DNA from: Octopus sinensis
Lineage: Eukaryota
DNA length: 64,000 bases
Assembly: GCF_006345805.1 (NCBI RefSeq)
Contig: NC_043008.1
Location: forward strand, 60,574,001-60,638,000
Reading direction: 5' to 3'
Below are positions 13,534 to 27,549 of this stretch, piece by piece. How positions within the stretch are numbered: position 1 is the first letter of the stretch; every line of letters begins with the position of its first letter. The notes below the pieces were generated by a model. The model had not been told where the DNA came from and did not search any database. It saw only the letters and a list, made by a program, of their open reading frames with translations. The translations under genes and the position numbers were made by a program.

Positions 13534-13712
13534 AAATAAACATCGTTTAAATTGCATTTTCAAACCTTTTTTCTTATATATATATATATATATGGTTAAT
13601 ACCATAAAGATTTCTGGTGCATCTAAGTTAAGTACCACATTTATGTGAATTCATTGGAACTCACTTGAATCTTAATTGTTTTACTGAAATTATATATATA
13701 TGTATTCTTCTA

Positions 13713-14120
<408 letters not shown>

Positions 14121-14584
14121 CTTTTGAATATATATATTGCGCGTATATTCCTATACAAGTGGTGGAATTGTAATTTTTATCGTTTGACAAATAACCAATA
14201 TTTGTAACACCATTTGTATTTCTAGACATCTGAACGGTATCTATGCAAAAGACATCTAGTTTATTTTGAGTTTACTTACTAGAGGTCATAGAGTACATAT
14301 AGAAACAATAGAAGAGAGTTTGTTCATAGAATATTAAGTGGTGTAAAATATATTAACACATTTGCTAAAGTCAATAAACAACCAAATTCAACAATAGGTG
14401 GTGTACAATTTCTTAGACCTAATGATGTTATCGAGCTAGGATAGATTACAAATAATGTCAACACTGGCTATACTTAAGATGTCAAGAAACAGCGACCGAA
14501 TTTTAAAAATATTATTAGTTTAGCGTTTGGCTGAATACAGGATTTCATTATATATAGTCGTATGCGTGTCTGTAGGATTACGCG

Positions 14585-15180
14585 TCGCTGTGTGGTTGAG
14601 AAGCTAGCTCTTCGAATGATGCAGCTTTCAGGCCAATCCCTTTGCGTGGCACCGTTGGCAAGTGTCTTTTGCCATAGCCCCCCAGGCGCCTAGGCCCTGC
14701 TGAGCGGATACTGTAGTCCAAAAGGGGAAGAACCTGTCGTAAATATGTACATATATATTTCTTTACTACCCACAAGGGGATAAACACAGGGGAGACAAAC
14801 AAGGAAAGACAAACGGATTAAGTCGATTACATCGACCCCAGTGCGTAACAGGTACTTAATTTATCGACCCCGGAAGGATGAAAGGCAAAGTCGACCTCAG
14901 CGGAATTTGAACTCGGAACGTAACGGCAGACGAAATACGGCAACGCATTTCGCCCGGCGTGCTAACGTTTCTGCCAGCTCGCCGCCCGTCATATATATGT
15001 ACATATAACTGTGTCTTCGCGCTCGTATTTGCCTCTACCACCACTTGACAACCGATGTTGGTTAGTTTACGTCCACGTAACTTAGCAGTTTGCCAAAAAG
15101 AAGCTGATAGAAAAAAGTACCAGGCTTTAAAAATCTGGGATCGGTTCGATCTACGGAAGCCCTTCAAAGCGGAGCTCTGG
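14585..15180 (+). mobile_element. Old SINE family C copy interrupted by a SINE A insertion
   Basis: GCTGTGTGGTTGAGAAGCT...GCGTGGCACCGTTGGCAAGTGTC head; the body resumes with CTTGACAACCGATGTTGG after 14986. Confidence 0.7.
14756..14986 (-). mobile_element. tRNA-derived SINE family A (tentatively OK-like), monomer
   Basis: Reverse complement reads GGCGGCGAGCTGGCAGAAACGTTAG...GAGTTCAAATTCCG...GGGTAGTAAAGAAATA. Confidence 0.92.
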
Positions 15181-15273
15181 AACAAGATAAGCATAGATAA
15201 TAACCATAAACACCCTAAACCATTTTCTGAAATAAACAAACAGGAAGCAATAGTAATGTAACAATGTTCCTTC

Positions 15274-15390
15274 GCTGCATACATACTATAGTTGTGCTTG
15301 ACATACGTACTATAGTTGTGCTGCATACATACTATAGTTGTGCTTGACATACATACTATAGTTGTGCTGCATACATACTATAGCTGTGCT
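15274..15390 (+). repeat. Minisatellite with alternating 22/24-nt units
   Basis: GCTGCATACATACTATAGTTGT alternates with GCTTGACATAC(G/A)TACTATAGTTGT over five units. Confidence 0.9.
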
Positions 15391-18214
15391 TCACTTTGCC
15401 CAGAATTTTCGTTTGACTTCGCCTAGAATCAGCTGTGATTGACGCACAAATCCTTATTAAATGATCTCTAGGAGTAAACATCCTTTCTTTTATTGCGCAG
15501 TCAGTATACACGGAACTGTATTTTAAAATATAATCGGTTGTAATTTACGCAGCAGTATGTTGATTCTAAAATATTGCTGTTTTTTCCCTGGAGACGCTGC
15601 CAGTAGATACTAAATCTGCTTCAAAATTAATACGCAGTTATTTGATTATTATATCAAATACACTAACCAGTAAAACTTGACTAACTTCACGGAGCTGAAA
15701 CATTTCAGGGTGAAACGCCTGTTAGTCAAGGCACCTGACTCTTTTCTGACCGTGCAAAATTATTTTTGTTTTTGCCACCGATACTCATACACAAGGGAAC
15801 TCCGACAACATAAGCCAATACAGCGCGAGACCAGCGGTGGCACAGGCGTTGCTGTTAAAAGGCAACGAATCAACGCAGATCCCAAGACAAGATTTCCGAC
15901 CTAACAAATCCGTTTATATATACAGGGGACAGACAGACAGACATACAGACATACAGACAGACATACAGATAGATAGATACTTAGATAGATAGATAGTTAG
16001 ATAGATAGATAGATTTACGTATTTAGGGTGAGCATGTATATACCAGAATTTTTTTCGCGAAGTAGGTGTGTTCGAAATATTAAAAGACAATATTCTTAAT
16101 TTTTCGTGGATTAAGATGCGTTGAAAGAAATTATAGGTCTAGGCACGTAGATTACATAATGTTATACCGAGAAATGTCGTACCTAATGAAAATATCGTAC
16201 ATACGTGACTGTTCTCAACATATAACTATCATGCGCGACACTACAGGATTTCTCAAATCAAGCAGATTTTTCACTAATTAAATATATATCACATCTCTTT
16301 ATTTTCTTTAAATTTGTCAGCTTTGATCGATCTCACTGCTACTCCGTTATCACCACTTTATATATATATATGTAACTTTTGTTCCCTTACTTTCACTTAG
16401 TTCACACTATCTCATCTCCCTCCCCCAATATATATGTTATATATAGCCTATAGTAGTCATCCATTGCAAAATTATGATTCGATGTCAAACCGAACTATAG
16501 CAATATAAGCAATTTTTATTGTAAAATATTTCAACATCAGTATGTGTAATTGTGTATAGACATATGTGTGTGAATGTTATATATATATATATCTGTGTAA
16601 GAGAGCGCGTTCCAGAGCTTGTGTGTTTCCATATGCATATTTGTGTATGTGCATTAGTTATCTTTTATATACATGTGTATACATGTATGAGAGGATATGT
16701 ACACATATACCTGCATGCATACATGTATATATATGTATGTATACATATATACATACATATATATATGTATGTATACATATATACATACATATATATATAT
16801 GTGTATATATATATATCTACCTGCCTACATACATACATACATACATACATACATACATTTATTTCAATACATTTTAATGGTGAAATGATTTAGTTGACGG
16901 CAGACATTTTGCCTCAACAACTTTGTATGATTTCTTTAAATTGGTTCGATTCAAAATGTTCTTTCTCTGAACACTTATGGGAAATGCTATTCTTCTATAA
17001 CCGTTTAGAATAACTGAAGTAGATTTCTCGAATGCCATAGTCATGGTGGAATTGATGAGGCGTACTATACAGACAGACTGATATGGTTTCACAGGAAATA
17101 TTCTGTTTTAAAATTATTAAATGACTCCTCAATCTCTCAATCTTTGTAATATGTAGCGCGTTGTTGATATCATTAGGCACTTTTTTTTTCTTCTTTTCTC
17201 TCTCTCTGAAGCCGGTTTTAGCATTCTTAGAATGATTCTTTCTCCAGATCTATTCATACAAAAATAAAAATGGCCCTATTTGTTCTAAGATAATCAGAGA
17301 AATCGATAACCGTCTCAGTAACAGTTAGCTGAAAATTCTGCATAAATTATCGTAAGCGATAAAAATATAATTTAAATGATGTTTTTTTTTTCCACGGTGA
17401 TGCTTATGATGTTGTTTTTCTTGGAGGTTAATTTGGGAAATGAATAGATAAGTATGTGAATATAACGTTTAAGAATATATTTTCCAGTCATTTTAATTAA
17501 GATTTTACACGTGATTATTGTTGAAAAGCGGTTTAGTTATTTGTAGTAACATACATACATACATACGTACATACATACATACATACATACATACATACAT
17601 ACATACATACGTACGTACGTACGTACATACATACATACATAAATTAATATATATAGCTCTACACAAAAGAATGTATGGGCAACATCAATACTACCATACA
17701 CATACATATATATTATATGTAAGGCTTGTGTTTGTGAGTATTATATTAATGTTCGTTTTTATTCTTAGTTTGATATAAATATACTTGAATACTAAATTGA
17801 AAGATCACTCAAAATTTTACAATAGAGTACCATAAATAGTGATTCTTGGAAAGAGGGGATTGCCAGAGGTATTGACGAATCGGACAAGTTGTTGCCACAG
17901 ACTGCGATGTCTTGTATGCCTAGTGGCTCCCATAGTAGCCATAGCAAAATCCATGTATAATGATCTAATCAAAGTGGGATAATCTCTATTCCGTTGCACG
18001 TATTATTGTTGCTAGAATACTAAGCACTGTGTATATAGAAAAAGCGAGATGATTAACCTTCCAACAATTATTGTACAAAGAGCTTCCATATAATATCTCC
18101 TTTAATTTAGAGTGGTTCTGATTCTAGGAAATTGCGGAGATAGTATTTTAAAAGGTTCTATATCAGACCGGTTACTTTATATTCTTTCTTATTTTTTTAA
18201 CTGTGTCTGTCGTA

Positions 18215-18370
18215 AGATTGCACAGCCGTGCTCGGGGACCGACTTGATACATTTTCATCGGACTAATCGATGCCTGTGTTTTTTTTTCTTTTTCAAACCT
18301 GGTACTTATTACATCAGTTACCTTTGACGTACCCCCCAACCTATGTGGATGCAGACACAGGCACAAACAA

Positions 18371-18405
<35 letters not shown>

Positions 18406-18590
18406 ATATATATATATATATATATGGCGTGCTTTTTTCAGTTTCTGTTTACCATATCTACTCACAGGCTTTGGTCGCTCCGAATCTATAGCAGAAGACG
18501 CATGTCCAAGGTCCCACTCTATACGGGACTGAACCTGGAACCATGCAGTTAAAAGAAGCAGAATTCTTACCACTCAGCTACACCTGCACC
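18215..18590 (-). mobile_element. SINE family C, diverged
   Basis: TTTCAGTTTCTGTTTACC...CTCACAGGCTTTGGTCG...GGGACTGAACCTGGAACCATG, with an internal CA/TA tract. Confidence 0.8.
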
Positions 18591-19984
18591 TGTCGGCGGT
18601 TTTCATGTTTACTCTCGTCCTTATATCTCTGACTATGCAACATCACAACCTGTTACAGAGAATAGTACACTGATTTATGATCTTCGCCGTTTATTGTGAT
18701 GTGATGCTCAAGCAGGACTAGCAAACGCCATTATAGATCTACTGTATATTGTTTGTATGCAACAATATTTGTTTATTTCTGCTCACCAGTGCAGTTAAAG
18801 TTATGGGATACGCTGTTTTGATATAGTGAAAGCATTTTCTAAATTGTTGAAATGGGAATGACGAAGTAAAATTATGATAAATCTTGCAATAACAAATCTT
18901 GCAATAACAAGGCGAAATTTAAGACGCAGACACTACTATCTTAAATTTGTAGCAATAATCTGGATTGATGTAGACATGTTTATTGTAGTACTGAACCATA
19001 TCGTTATGACATTCTGAAGTAAAAAAAAATAAAACACGCCTGTTGCATAAGAACGTAGTTCTCGGGATTTAAGTGTTGTAATGTATAGTTATTCCTTTTA
19101 TTTCTCGCTTTGATTTTTGTGGAGGACATAAGAACCCATAATTCTAATACATTGCTTGTAATTTAAGGTTACTCTTTCCTTTTGCGGGGCCTTACATAGA
19201 ACCAAGGAATGTCTTAATGGTGGCTGTGTATAGTTTTGCTTTTTGTCCTCAATATACTAGACCTGATATGTATGTTGCAGAAGCGTTGAAGGACATGTGA
19301 TACGTAAAATGAGAAAATTTTTGTTGACGTTTGTGAATTTGTTGATATTTTGTTAGAAAAAAGATAAATTTATAATCAGCCGAAGCATCAGTGATTTGTA
19401 AAAGCTATGCTAAATTGTTCAGTGTTATGGAGAAGAGATTTATACATTGGCACCTCTTTTCCTCAAGATCAGTTCTGAATGAAAAAAATCTATGATAAGA
19501 TGCAATCAATGCTTATTTTCAGATCTAGTGTAACTAGGGCTAAAATTACTCAATATTTCATATATACTTGTGGAAGTAGGGATGATGAGAATACAAACTG
19601 GTTTCCATTTTTACCTAACCCAAAGGTTGCGTAGTGTCATCCGCTTTCCTATAATGTCGAAGTGTCGTTCTTTAATAGTGTCATGTAGTATATTCATGAA
19701 ACACCCACCCACACACACGCACACACATACACACACACACACATTGACGCTTCAAAAGAACCAAAACGTTCCTGCAATAATCTAATAGTCACTTATATAT
19801 TGTATACAAAGCAACATCAATACAACCAGTCGTTTGTTGCAACACTTTTGGTATGGAAATAAAGTAGAATAATTGGATAAGTGAGCGTTAAGTAGTTTTG
19901 GACGGTGAATACTAACATTAGCTCATTTTTCTATGTCATACATACTTACATACATACATACAAATATATAGACAGACAGACTAG

Positions 19985-20072
<88 letters not shown>
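19985..20072 (+). repeat. (TAGA)n microsatellite
   Basis: Long perfect run. Similar runs occur at about 38810-38910, 39927-40002 and 41795-41864. Confidence 0.95.
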
Positions 20073-20074
<2 letters not shown>

Positions 20075-21085
20075 TGAATGTATGGACTAAACGAAAAACG
20101 AGCGAAGAGAAGCACTACAGAATGGCCAGTGGCGTGAATTTCCACAAGATGTACAAACTATGATATATTTCAGCGTAAGAAGTATATAGATAGTATACCA
20201 ACTATGGAGAAATTTTAATGACTGAAGTGAATAATAATCCCCCAAATCATGAATTTACTGGAAATGACATTGAGAAGATTAACCGAAAATCTGCAAGCAG
20301 GAGGACAATTATGAAGTTGGGTTTCTCCCTCAAGAGATTCCACCTGAAAAGTAAAATTCTTTCTTTTGACTCCAACACACAAAATGCTCTGGAGTGTATA
20401 CAAAGAATGGAGAAATTTCATAACCTATTGTAATCTATATAAATTAAAACAAAAATGAGCAAAGGGAAGTAACTAAGAATGGCCTGGGACTATAAATTTA
20501 ATTACTTGGTTTAATTCTCACCTTAACATCTTTAAAGATGATCACAGATTCGACCCCTAGAGGATTTCATAATTACAAATGCTTTCTTTGTTTTAAACAT
20601 CTATAGATTTGCGACTTTCAGTTTGTTTACAGTATAAACACGGACTGGATTATGGTTAAGACGCTTTCGTTCCCACGAAACAAGTTTGTGTAATTACAGG
20701 CGACAGACAGTTATTTACTGAAGCTAAATACATTATAATTGAAGTGTGCGACATAATAACAAACAGTAAACCTTTGAAGAATATGTCAATGAAAATAATG
20801 CTGTGTCAAAGTTTGCAAGCGACAAACATTCGGTAGAATAAATAATCTTTGCCATTGATATGCAATATTGCTGCTATGCTTTATACGATGCGATGACGAA
20901 ATGTTGTGATTTCAATCCATTCACATTGATATTAGCGGTAATAAAGCTAGAATGTAGGGGTGTCTCGAAAATTGAAAGGGAAACTGCTTTCCATTACGCT
21001 TCCAGTGTATGTTCGCTTCAGACAAATAGATATAAATACAGATGGCTATTTTCATTAACTTACATACTGACGGACACATGCACAC

Positions 21086-21295
21086 AAAATCCTCGAGACC
21101 CCAGGTTCCTATATCAACGGGACGAAGCGTTGCAAGTTATCCATAGCGGAACGCACGAGAATCCTACAAGATTCGCTGAAGCCAGCGGACGTCCTTAACC
21201 TGAGAACGGAGACTTGCGGGTCATGCCTACATTTTAGGAAATCCCTGCTAGCCTTTTGGGTCCCGCAAGATGGCGGCACAGTCGGAAGTCGATAA
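21086..21295 (+). pseudogene. Penelope-like element ORF C-terminal fragment (end of the GIY-YIG region)
   Basis: Hand translation KILETPGSYINGTKRCKLSIAERTRILQDSLKPADVLNLRTETCGSCLHFRKSLLAFW...* fits the PLE pattern IL..Y..C.LC..EK..I...LN.R.E...C.H..K. This frame is not in the ORF track. Confidence 0.7.
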
Positions 21296-21460
21296 CCAAT
21301 AAGAGGGAGATAGTCCTCTATTGTTTACCTTTCTAGCGAGCCTTTTCCCCCCTCTATATTTTGAAGAGGTCTTACGCCACCAGGTTTCGGTGTCTGATGA
21401 AACCTTTTATGAAAGGGAAAGCGAGGGTAATCTCATAAAACGACCTTCCTCACTTTTGGT
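21296..21460 (+). mobile_element. PLE 3' terminal region with hammerhead-like core
   Basis: CTGATGA AA CCTTT-TATG-AAAGG GAAA at 21394-21420 lies downstream of the PLE ORF stop and ends in (TA)n. Stems I and III are not evident. Confidence 0.5.
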
Positions 21461-21479
21461 ATATATATATGTGTGTATG

Positions 21480-21539
<60 letters not shown>

Positions 21540-21542
<3 letters not shown>

Positions 21543-21727
21543 AATTGAGACAAAGAGATAAAAAAATCCAAGGCAGCAAATAGATTTCACAACATTTACC
21601 AAGAACTGGTCTTACAGCTGTTTCCTGGATATTTTATATCCCGGAAACAGCTGTAAGGCCCTTTTTTTTATAAATGTTATAAACTCATTTACTGCCTTGG
21701 ATTTTTTATCTCCTTCTATCAATTTAT
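21540..21727. repeat. Imperfect palindrome made of two PLE-type 3' ends joined at hammerhead stem II
   Basis: Centre reads CTTACAGCTGTTTCCTGGATAT-TTT-ATATCCCGGAAACAGCTGTAAG. The arms extend to GAGATAAAAAAATCCAAGGCAG / CTGCCTTGGATTTTTTATCTC. Confidence 0.8.
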
Positions 21728-21883
21728 ATATATGCACGCTAATACATGACTCACGTTGCACTCCTCACACGTATCATTATCGAGTCTGGTTCTTAACCAT
21801 GTTCTATTCATAGCACTTATTTAACGTTTACCCGATAGCTTTTGGGTCTTCTGTCAAGGATACCTTTCATACCTATATGTATG

Positions 21884-21914
<31 letters not shown>

Positions 21915-22059
21915 GTACATATATATGTATATATATATACATATATACATGTATATATACATATTTATATATATATACACATATGTACATGTATATATAC
22001 ATATATATATATATTTATATACACAAATACATATATATATATATGCACACACATGCACA

Positions 22060-22124
<65 letters not shown>

Positions 22125-23039
22125 GTATTTACGTGTGTATATGTATATACGTGTGTATATGTATATCTATCTATCTGTATATTGTATGAATATACATATA
22201 TATAATCATATACATGTAAGTTTATAAAGAGTTATATGCAAGTATGTGCATGTGTGCATAAGTGCGTTTTTATGTATATGCATAATATGTACACTGATAT
22301 TTGGAAATAATTTATGACCAGTACTGACTCGAATATATTTCAAAGAAAGAAGCGAGATAAATTTCAATAATTAAAACCTTGCCTACTTTTTACTTTGTAG
22401 ACATTTTATGCAAACAAATCTGTAAAAACAACAAAAACCATACTTTTACTTCTAATTTTTATGTTTTAATATTTACTCAAAAACTTTATATCATACTTTT
22501 ATTAAATTATATTTCTTCCTATGTATTAGTTCTTGATTTTTATTCTTTAGCTTTTTATTATCATATCTGAAGTAAAATCGCAACAGCAATATGGTAGCCA
22601 GCACATCAGCTAAAATACATGTTAGAGTTTTTAAAGCAGACCAAGTTGATAGCAAATGTGCTGTTAGTTAGTCATATAATGTTAGGTTACACATGTATAT
22701 TTTGACGTGGTTTTTGTTATTGTTTGTATATTTATTTAAATATTTTTATTTATATTTTGAGATTTACTTCAATTATTCACGTTTCCATCATTCGTTTTTC
22801 TTGCTTTTTGTTATTTATGTTTTCTCCTAAGTTTTTTTTTTCGACGTATTTGTTTTATAATTGAGTTTAAGCTAATTAAAGAAGAAACAACAACAGCAAC
22901 AACCAAAAGAAGAAAAAAAAAACGTGATAAAAAGAAATTCCATCGAATGATCAGAGTTTCTAACTCCTAATCGATAGAAGTATATAGGTGTGCTTGTGCG
23001 CATTTATGTGGATGTGAGTAGATGTGCAGACACACATTC

Positions 23040-23079
<40 letters not shown>

Positions 23080-24329
23080 ACACACACAAAGTTAAAAAGA
23101 TAATAACGAAACGAAGAAGAGACAGAAGGTAGCCATAATACCAAGAACGGCAGCAACAATACACTACTGTAACCATTACTACCACCAATACCACTGATAC
23201 CATCGCCACTACTACATCTACAGAAAAACAGTCATTGTTTTATTTTAGTGATTGATGACTAATTTGTTACCATTAGTAATATTTTTTATTGTTTTTGTCA
23301 AAACTGGGCGTAAACTGAGAATAGAAATCCGCCTAGATGCATCATACTTAAAGAGTTGAACATTTTTAGTGGTGTTAGAAACGGTGAAATAGCAGACACG
23401 GACACTCCACCCCAAAGTTGAAAGAAAAGAGTTTCACTTCAGTGTGAAATGGAATCACAATAAAAAGAAAAGAGACAGGGTGGGAGTCAAAAACAGAAAA
23501 CACACGCACATACACACAAAAGAAAAAAAAAACAGCAAGAGTTATTAAAAAGTGAATCAAAGACGTAATACAAAAGAGCGAAAAACAAAAGAAACAAACT
23601 GATACAAAATTAATAAAAACATAATGAACCGATTTTTTTAAGGAAGAACAGTAGGAAAAAAGATATATGAATAAATATGAAGAGTAAAAAAAAAATGACT
23701 CTTAAACAAGAGTAACTCCTAATATTTTGTATAAAAGGAATCAACGCAATTTGTAAAGAAAATAAAATTATTTTAGCAAAATATCTGAACTCATCACCTT
23801 TCGTTTCTTTTTCTTTTATCAATGATGCAAATACAAGATGGAAAAGAGAAAGAAACATAACAAAAGAAATAAAGCAAGAAAACAGCAGAAGCGAAGAAAA
23901 CCTGATTGTATTTTGAACATACATCGATTCTTTTTGTGTGCTTGTTAGACTTTAGTTGTTACTTTGCTATTATTGCTGTTGTTGTTGTTGTTGTTGTTGT
24001 TCTTGATGCGTTGCTGTTGTTGTTGCTGCTGCTGACATCACTTTACTATACTTTGTATTTTTTGTACTTCATGTTTCTTTCTTTCTTCTTCTTTACTCCC
24101 TCCTCTTCCTTCCTCCTCCTCCACTCCACTTCTTTTTCTACTGGTACTAACGAGTTAACTAGTTTTTGCGCTTTATTTACAGATCATTAAGCATACACAC
24201 CCAAACATTGCTTTGATAAAAATATATAAATGAGAAAGACTAAATGTCAATATGCATGTATATTATATATATATATATATATTATATATTATTATATATA
24301 TTTATACACACACAAACAAACGCACACAC

Positions 24330-24370
<41 letters not shown>

Positions 24371-25049
24371 GTGTGTGTGTGTGGAGAGAGTGTGAGAGAG
24401 AGTGCGTGTGTATATATATTTATGTCTGTGTATAAGACATTTACAAATACAGCCTAAGACAGGAGTGATAAATATTTATTATATACATGTATGCATACAT
24501 ATCTAAAGCGATATTAACCGGGTATAGCCATGCATGTCAATATACACATACATACATATATATATATATATATGTGTGTGTGTGTAGAGAGAGAGAGAAA
24601 TAGAGAGGGAGAGAGGGAGAGAAAGGAAGAGAGAGAAAATATTTTTTGTGTATATCAATTATTTTTATGAATCTATAATGCTTTATTGAATTTCTTTGTA
24701 TCTGTCAGTTTGTCTTTCTCTAACATTCTATTAATTCATCGACTTAAGAAATGCTGCTTATCTTCTACAAAAAAGAAAACACAATACTTACTAATTCATG
24801 CTCACGTATAACAGAAACACATATTACACACACACACACACACACACAGACGCATATACACACGCACATATGTATCTTCGTAGGGCGAGTGTTAATATGA
24901 TCGTATTAATACGCGAATATACATTCTATCGTGTTTTATAGATCATTATGTCTAGATATTTCATACCGAGGGTTTCGTATAGTATAGACCTGCAAATAAT
25001 AATTTAAGCTTAAATTTTTAACGAATACCTGTTATCACTCATATTTATA

Positions 25050-25086
<37 letters not shown>

Positions 25087-25164
25087 ATCTATCTATCTAT
25101 CTATCTATCTATATATATATATATATAATATATATATGTATATTTATATAAAATTTTATTTCGT

Positions 25165-25560
25165 AATGAGATAAAAAAACCAAGGCTGTGTAGATTTTAG
25201 AACATTTATAGATAGAAGGTCTTACAGTAGTTTCCACGATATTTATTATATCCCTTCATCGGAGATGGTGTGAGAGGATGGTTAAGAAATAGTTAATTTA
25301 GATCAGATATAAAATAGAGGGTGAGGTGGAGGAAATAATTATTATTATTTACAGGATTGTAAACTTGGCGCCGTATATAGACTATTCGCACCAAAAGCAT
25401 ATAGAAGCACGAACTATTATAGTTCTTAAATTTGAGAGAAATGGGGTGGCCGAGTTACTGGTGTAAAGGTAACACTCAATCGCGTTAACAAAGAGATGTG
25501 AGTTGGACTCCCAGGCGGATAGGAAAGCCTACCTTTTTTCTTATCGAGCTCTTATGTACC
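25165..25560 (-). mobile_element. PLE-like 3' fragment with hammerhead motif (25220-25265)
   Basis: Minus strand TCT CCGATGA A GGGATAT-AATAA-ATATCGT G GAAA CTACTGT A AGA. The downstream part is homologous to the arms at 21540-21727. Frameshifted YPPGSPT..SLC...E...NLRT lies upstream. Confidence 0.6.
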
Positions 25561-25893
25561 GCTTTATTAGACTATTTTCCTTAATCATTGCACGGTGATC
25601 ACCGTAAGCTTTAAGTTTATATAAAAATACCATTATGTGTGTATATATATATATACTCTTTTATATAAGTATATATATATATGTTCATGTTTTCTTTTAT
25701 GTGAAGTTATATATAAAATTACGTAACATTAAGGTGGAAGACTATCCAAAACATTTCTTCAGTAGAGTACTTTTTTTCTTATATTTTGCAAGGAAACTAC
25801 TTTGGCCGTGACTTCAAAGTGCTGGTTTATTAGCAGCCAAAACATGTAGACTATTAATTTGACTGAAACTTCGAAGACACTGTCAGGTTTCCA

Positions 25894-25936
<43 letters not shown>

Positions 25937-25950
25937 ATATATATATGCAT

Positions 25951-26014
<64 letters not shown>

Positions 26015-26583
26015 GAGGTGTGAGAGGGACATACAGATAGATAGCTAGATAGAGAGGTAGATAGATATAATTGGAGATAGAGACATGAGCTGAGAGAGAG
26101 AGAGAGCAGCAAAATATTGAGAGAGACGGGGAATGTAGGAAGAAAAGAAAATAGAAAAATGGAAGAGGTTACTTAAGTTCAAAATGTTAGATTTCTCGAA
26201 TACAACATATGTGGATATAAACCAAGATTTATCGTAGTACGTGTGATGTACAATCAGAAGAAAAGAGAGAAGTCAAACATTCTGTTCTATAGATTTAATG
26301 TGTCATTACTGGTGCTTTAAGAACGGAAATATCCTACAGCACCTATTATAACGAAATGACTCCTATATATTTTATATTAATGATATTCGTCTGCATATCT
26401 CGCTTTAATATTAATATATGTCACTTGTTCTTAAGAAGCAGGTGTGCGGAAAGAGAAAGTGAAACTACGCAATATAGAATTTTGCATAGATTAATATTTA
26501 TCAATCTCTTATGCGAGTGTCTAGCATTGACTTTTATATTTCTATGTCATGTGCATCTATATGCATACATCTACATATGCAGA

Positions 26584-26641
<58 letters not shown>

Positions 26642-27069
26642 TGTGTGTGTGTGTGTGTGACAGTGTGTATAAACCGAACAGAAATCATTTAATGAATAAT
26701 TTGAAGCCAGAAACCGCTATGTACTCTCTTATATCACAAGGCTCTTCATATATAATACAAACCTTTTCATATATATTATCGTTCTATTAATGGTAGAACA
26801 AGAATAAAGCATGTACTCCCTCCTTCAAGTGAGAGGTAGAACACCTATAATTTTCAAGCCACATGATTTCAGTAAGCGAAAGATTTTTCGTAGCGTGCTA
26901 TTTACTACCTTGCAATATTCCAGGTTCCAAATGTAGGCTCTATACAAGCACGTCCGACTAAACTAGGGTTAGAGTATGAAACTTATAGTTGCTCACGTCG
27001 AAATGTACTGACTATGAAATAGTATATATGGGTGTAGGTACGTGTATGTATACACAAATATCTATATTA

Positions 27070-27226
27070 GCTGCAGACGTAGCTGTTTTGGGAAGAAGGT
27101 TGCTTCCCAAGCACATTGTTCTGAGTTCAGTCCGTGTGTCATCTTGGGAAAGTGTATTCTACTAAAGCCTCGAGTTGTTTTGGTTGATGGAAACTGAAAG
27201 TTATTTATATATGTGTGTGCATATAT

Positions 27227-27280
<54 letters not shown>

Positions 27281-27480
27281 TATATAGAAGGAGCTTCTAC
27301 AGGACTAGAACTGTTTCATTCAAGAGAAATCTTCAGGAACCTCTGAAGCTTCCTGAAGATTTCTCTTGAATGAAACAGTTCTAGTCCTGTAGAAGCTCCT
27401 TCTATATAATAAATTAATTTTACTCTACTATGTATTGAGTACCTTATTTACTGTGGTTAACCCCGAATCAACCCGGGACC

Positions 27481-27549
<69 letters not shown>

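Larger units (their letters stand above)
12320..13580. mobile_element. Segment bounded by about 120-bp inverted repeats, each carrying a hammerhead-like motif (inverted PLE-type termini)
   Basis: 12320-12438 is the reverse complement of 13460-13580 with few differences. Both outer ends abut TA-rich tracts. Confidence 0.7.

Noticed and set aside
15274-15390. CRISPR-like array
   Set aside because: The units are contiguous without spacers, the context is eukaryotic and there are no cas genes.
20215-20433. Non-repetitive ORF pair / possible exon
   Set aside because: A minus-strand acceptor exists near 20345, but there is no convincing donor or recognisable peptide.
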